From contig PWNQ01000041.1 of NCBI GenBank assembly GCA_003557725.1, positions 8,481-72,480 of the forward strand: a DNA stretch of 64,000 bases. Reading direction: 5' to 3'. This document shows, piece after piece, positions 62,911-64,000 of the stretch (its first letter is position 1; each line of letters starts with the position of its first letter). A model generated the notes under the pieces. That model saw nothing but the letters and a program-made list of their open reading frames with translations, did not search any database and had not been told where the DNA came from. The translations under genes were made by a program, and so were the position numbers. This DNA is from Bacteroidales bacterium (GTDB lineage Bacteria > Bacteroidota > Bacteroidia > Bacteroidales > PWNQ01).

Positions 62911-63501
62911 ATGCAAAAAAATGAAGTTTTGGAAATTAAAGACACCTACGCCAACCCGGCTCCTTTGGGACTGTCCGGGTTTGGCTTGACAACCGTGCTG
63001 CTGAACATCCATAATGCAGGCGTTTTTCCGCTGGATATGATGATCGTGTCCATGGGAATATTTTATGGCGGACTGGCCCAGGTGCTGGTTGGAGTGATGG
63101 AATTTAAAAAGAATAATATCTTTGGAACTACCGCCTTTACCTCGTACGGATTTTTCTGGATCAGCCTGTCTTTTATCTGGCTCGCTCCGGCCACAGGTAT
63201 TGTTGAACCCCCATCCCCCATTAGTATGGCATACTACCTGGGTATCTGGGGCGTTTTTACTATCTTTTTGTTTATTGCGACCCTGAAAATGTTGCCCATA
63301 CTCAGGTGGCTCTTTGGCTCTGTGGTGGTCTTGTTTGCCCTGCTTACCATAGCTAATGCCACCGGAAACCATTTTATCCACACACTGGCAGGCATTGAAG
63401 GAATATTCTGCGGTGGATTGGCTATCTATATAGGCCTGGGGCAAATGGTTAATCATTATCATGAGAAACCGGTAATGCCAATGGGGGCCATGAAAGGGTA
63501 G
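62911..63501 (+). CDS. satP: Acetate uptake transporter, GPR1/FUN34/YaaH (SatP) family
   Basis: ANPAPLGLSGFGLTT, FYGGLAQ, TAFTSYGFFW; -7 box at 62866. Confidence 0.9.
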   Translation: MQKNEVLEIKDTYANPAPLGLSGFGLTTVLLNIHNAGVFPLDMMIVSMGIFYGGLAQVLVGVMEFKKNNIFGTTAFTSYGFFWISLSFIWLAPATGIVEPPSPISMAYYLGIWGVFTIFLFIATLKMLPILRWLFGSVVVLFALLTIANATGNHFIHTLAGIEGIFCGGLAIYIGLGQMVNHYHEKPVMPMGAMKG

Positions 63502-63527
63502 TCATAGCCCCAAAGAAAACAAGAGTG

Positions 63528-63582
63528 AAAAGCTGAAAATCATTGCTTTATAATAAGAAGAGGCGCTGATTTTCAGCTTTTT
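63528..63582 (+). terminator. Inverted repeat after satP, related to the MITE core
   Basis: AAAAGCTGAAAATCA (63528-63542) pairs with TGATTTTCAGCTTTT (63567-63581). Confidence 0.55.
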
Positions 63583-63630
63583 GTTGCGTAGGCCGGCCTT
63601 GAATACTAAATTTACTTCCGCTGAAAAACT

Positions 63631-63789
63631 ATGGTGGTTTTTTTTGAACAGCCTCAGTTGTTACCCTGTGACAAGGATGATGATAGTAACGGAAATGATG
63701 ATAATGGTAATGGTAATGGTAATGGTAATGGGGCTAATGGGGGAATAATGTTTGAGATGGTCCTACCTCTTTGGACAATATTTTATTAA
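63631..63789 (+). pseudogene. Probable lipoprotein gene remnant with (AATGGT)n tandem repeat
   Basis: A 52-aa frame reads ...PCDKDDDSNGNDDNGNGNGNGNGANGG...; signal-peptide-like pieces lie in the other two frames. Confidence 0.4.
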
Positions 63790-64000
63790 TATAAATTACA
63801 TATACATATTTTGATATGAGAGGTGGGGGAGACTCATAACTTTGTGTTTTTGTTAACAAGTTATGCTGCTCCTCTGTAAGTAGCACCTGGCGTATCATAT
63901 GCCAATGATGAATGGATCCTCTCATTGTTATAATAAATGTGAAAGGATTATATTTGCATATGCATGAGATGACAAGCTCATTAACCGGCATTTTATGGCC

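Noticed and set aside
63734..63991. 85-aa minus-strand ORF at the window edge
   Set aside because: AT-rich with no motif; cannot be evaluated without flanking sequence.

Overview
Core-genome window of a Bacteroidota bacterium, most likely Bacteroidales (TAnnTTTG -7 promoter boxes, type IX secretion genes, gldJ). It holds about 46 genes. Housekeeping and envelope genes include ispF, ispD, murF, anmK, greA, ruvC, queA, leuS, ftsX, uppP, truB and frr. There is a T9SS/gliding locus (porU-porV-ispF divergent from a PorP/SprF gene, gldJ and murF), an ECF sigma/anti-sigma/two-Spy-CpxP module, a LytS-LytTR pair, alpha-2-macroglobulin and a radical SAM/SPASM gene. The best candidate for an uncharacterised system is a SusD-less three-gene unit (26534-35436): a large TonB-dependent receptor, a 1355-aa T9SS cargo with an atypical C-terminal domain, and a second PorV-family barrel. 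Other signals read from the DNA: single in-frame stops in otherwise intact porU (TAG) and RecD-like helicase (TGA followed directly by ATG); a 151-bp MITE-like element with perfect 16-bp terminal inverted repeats, a 6-bp target duplication, a pseudoknot-capable interior and four decayed copies; a duplicated ECF promoter motif (CAAGTT-N13-TTGTCATAC); and LytTR-type direct repeats downstream of the LytTR gene. No rRNA, tRNA, CRISPR array or transposase was seen. Product calls come from motif recognition only; no database searches were run.
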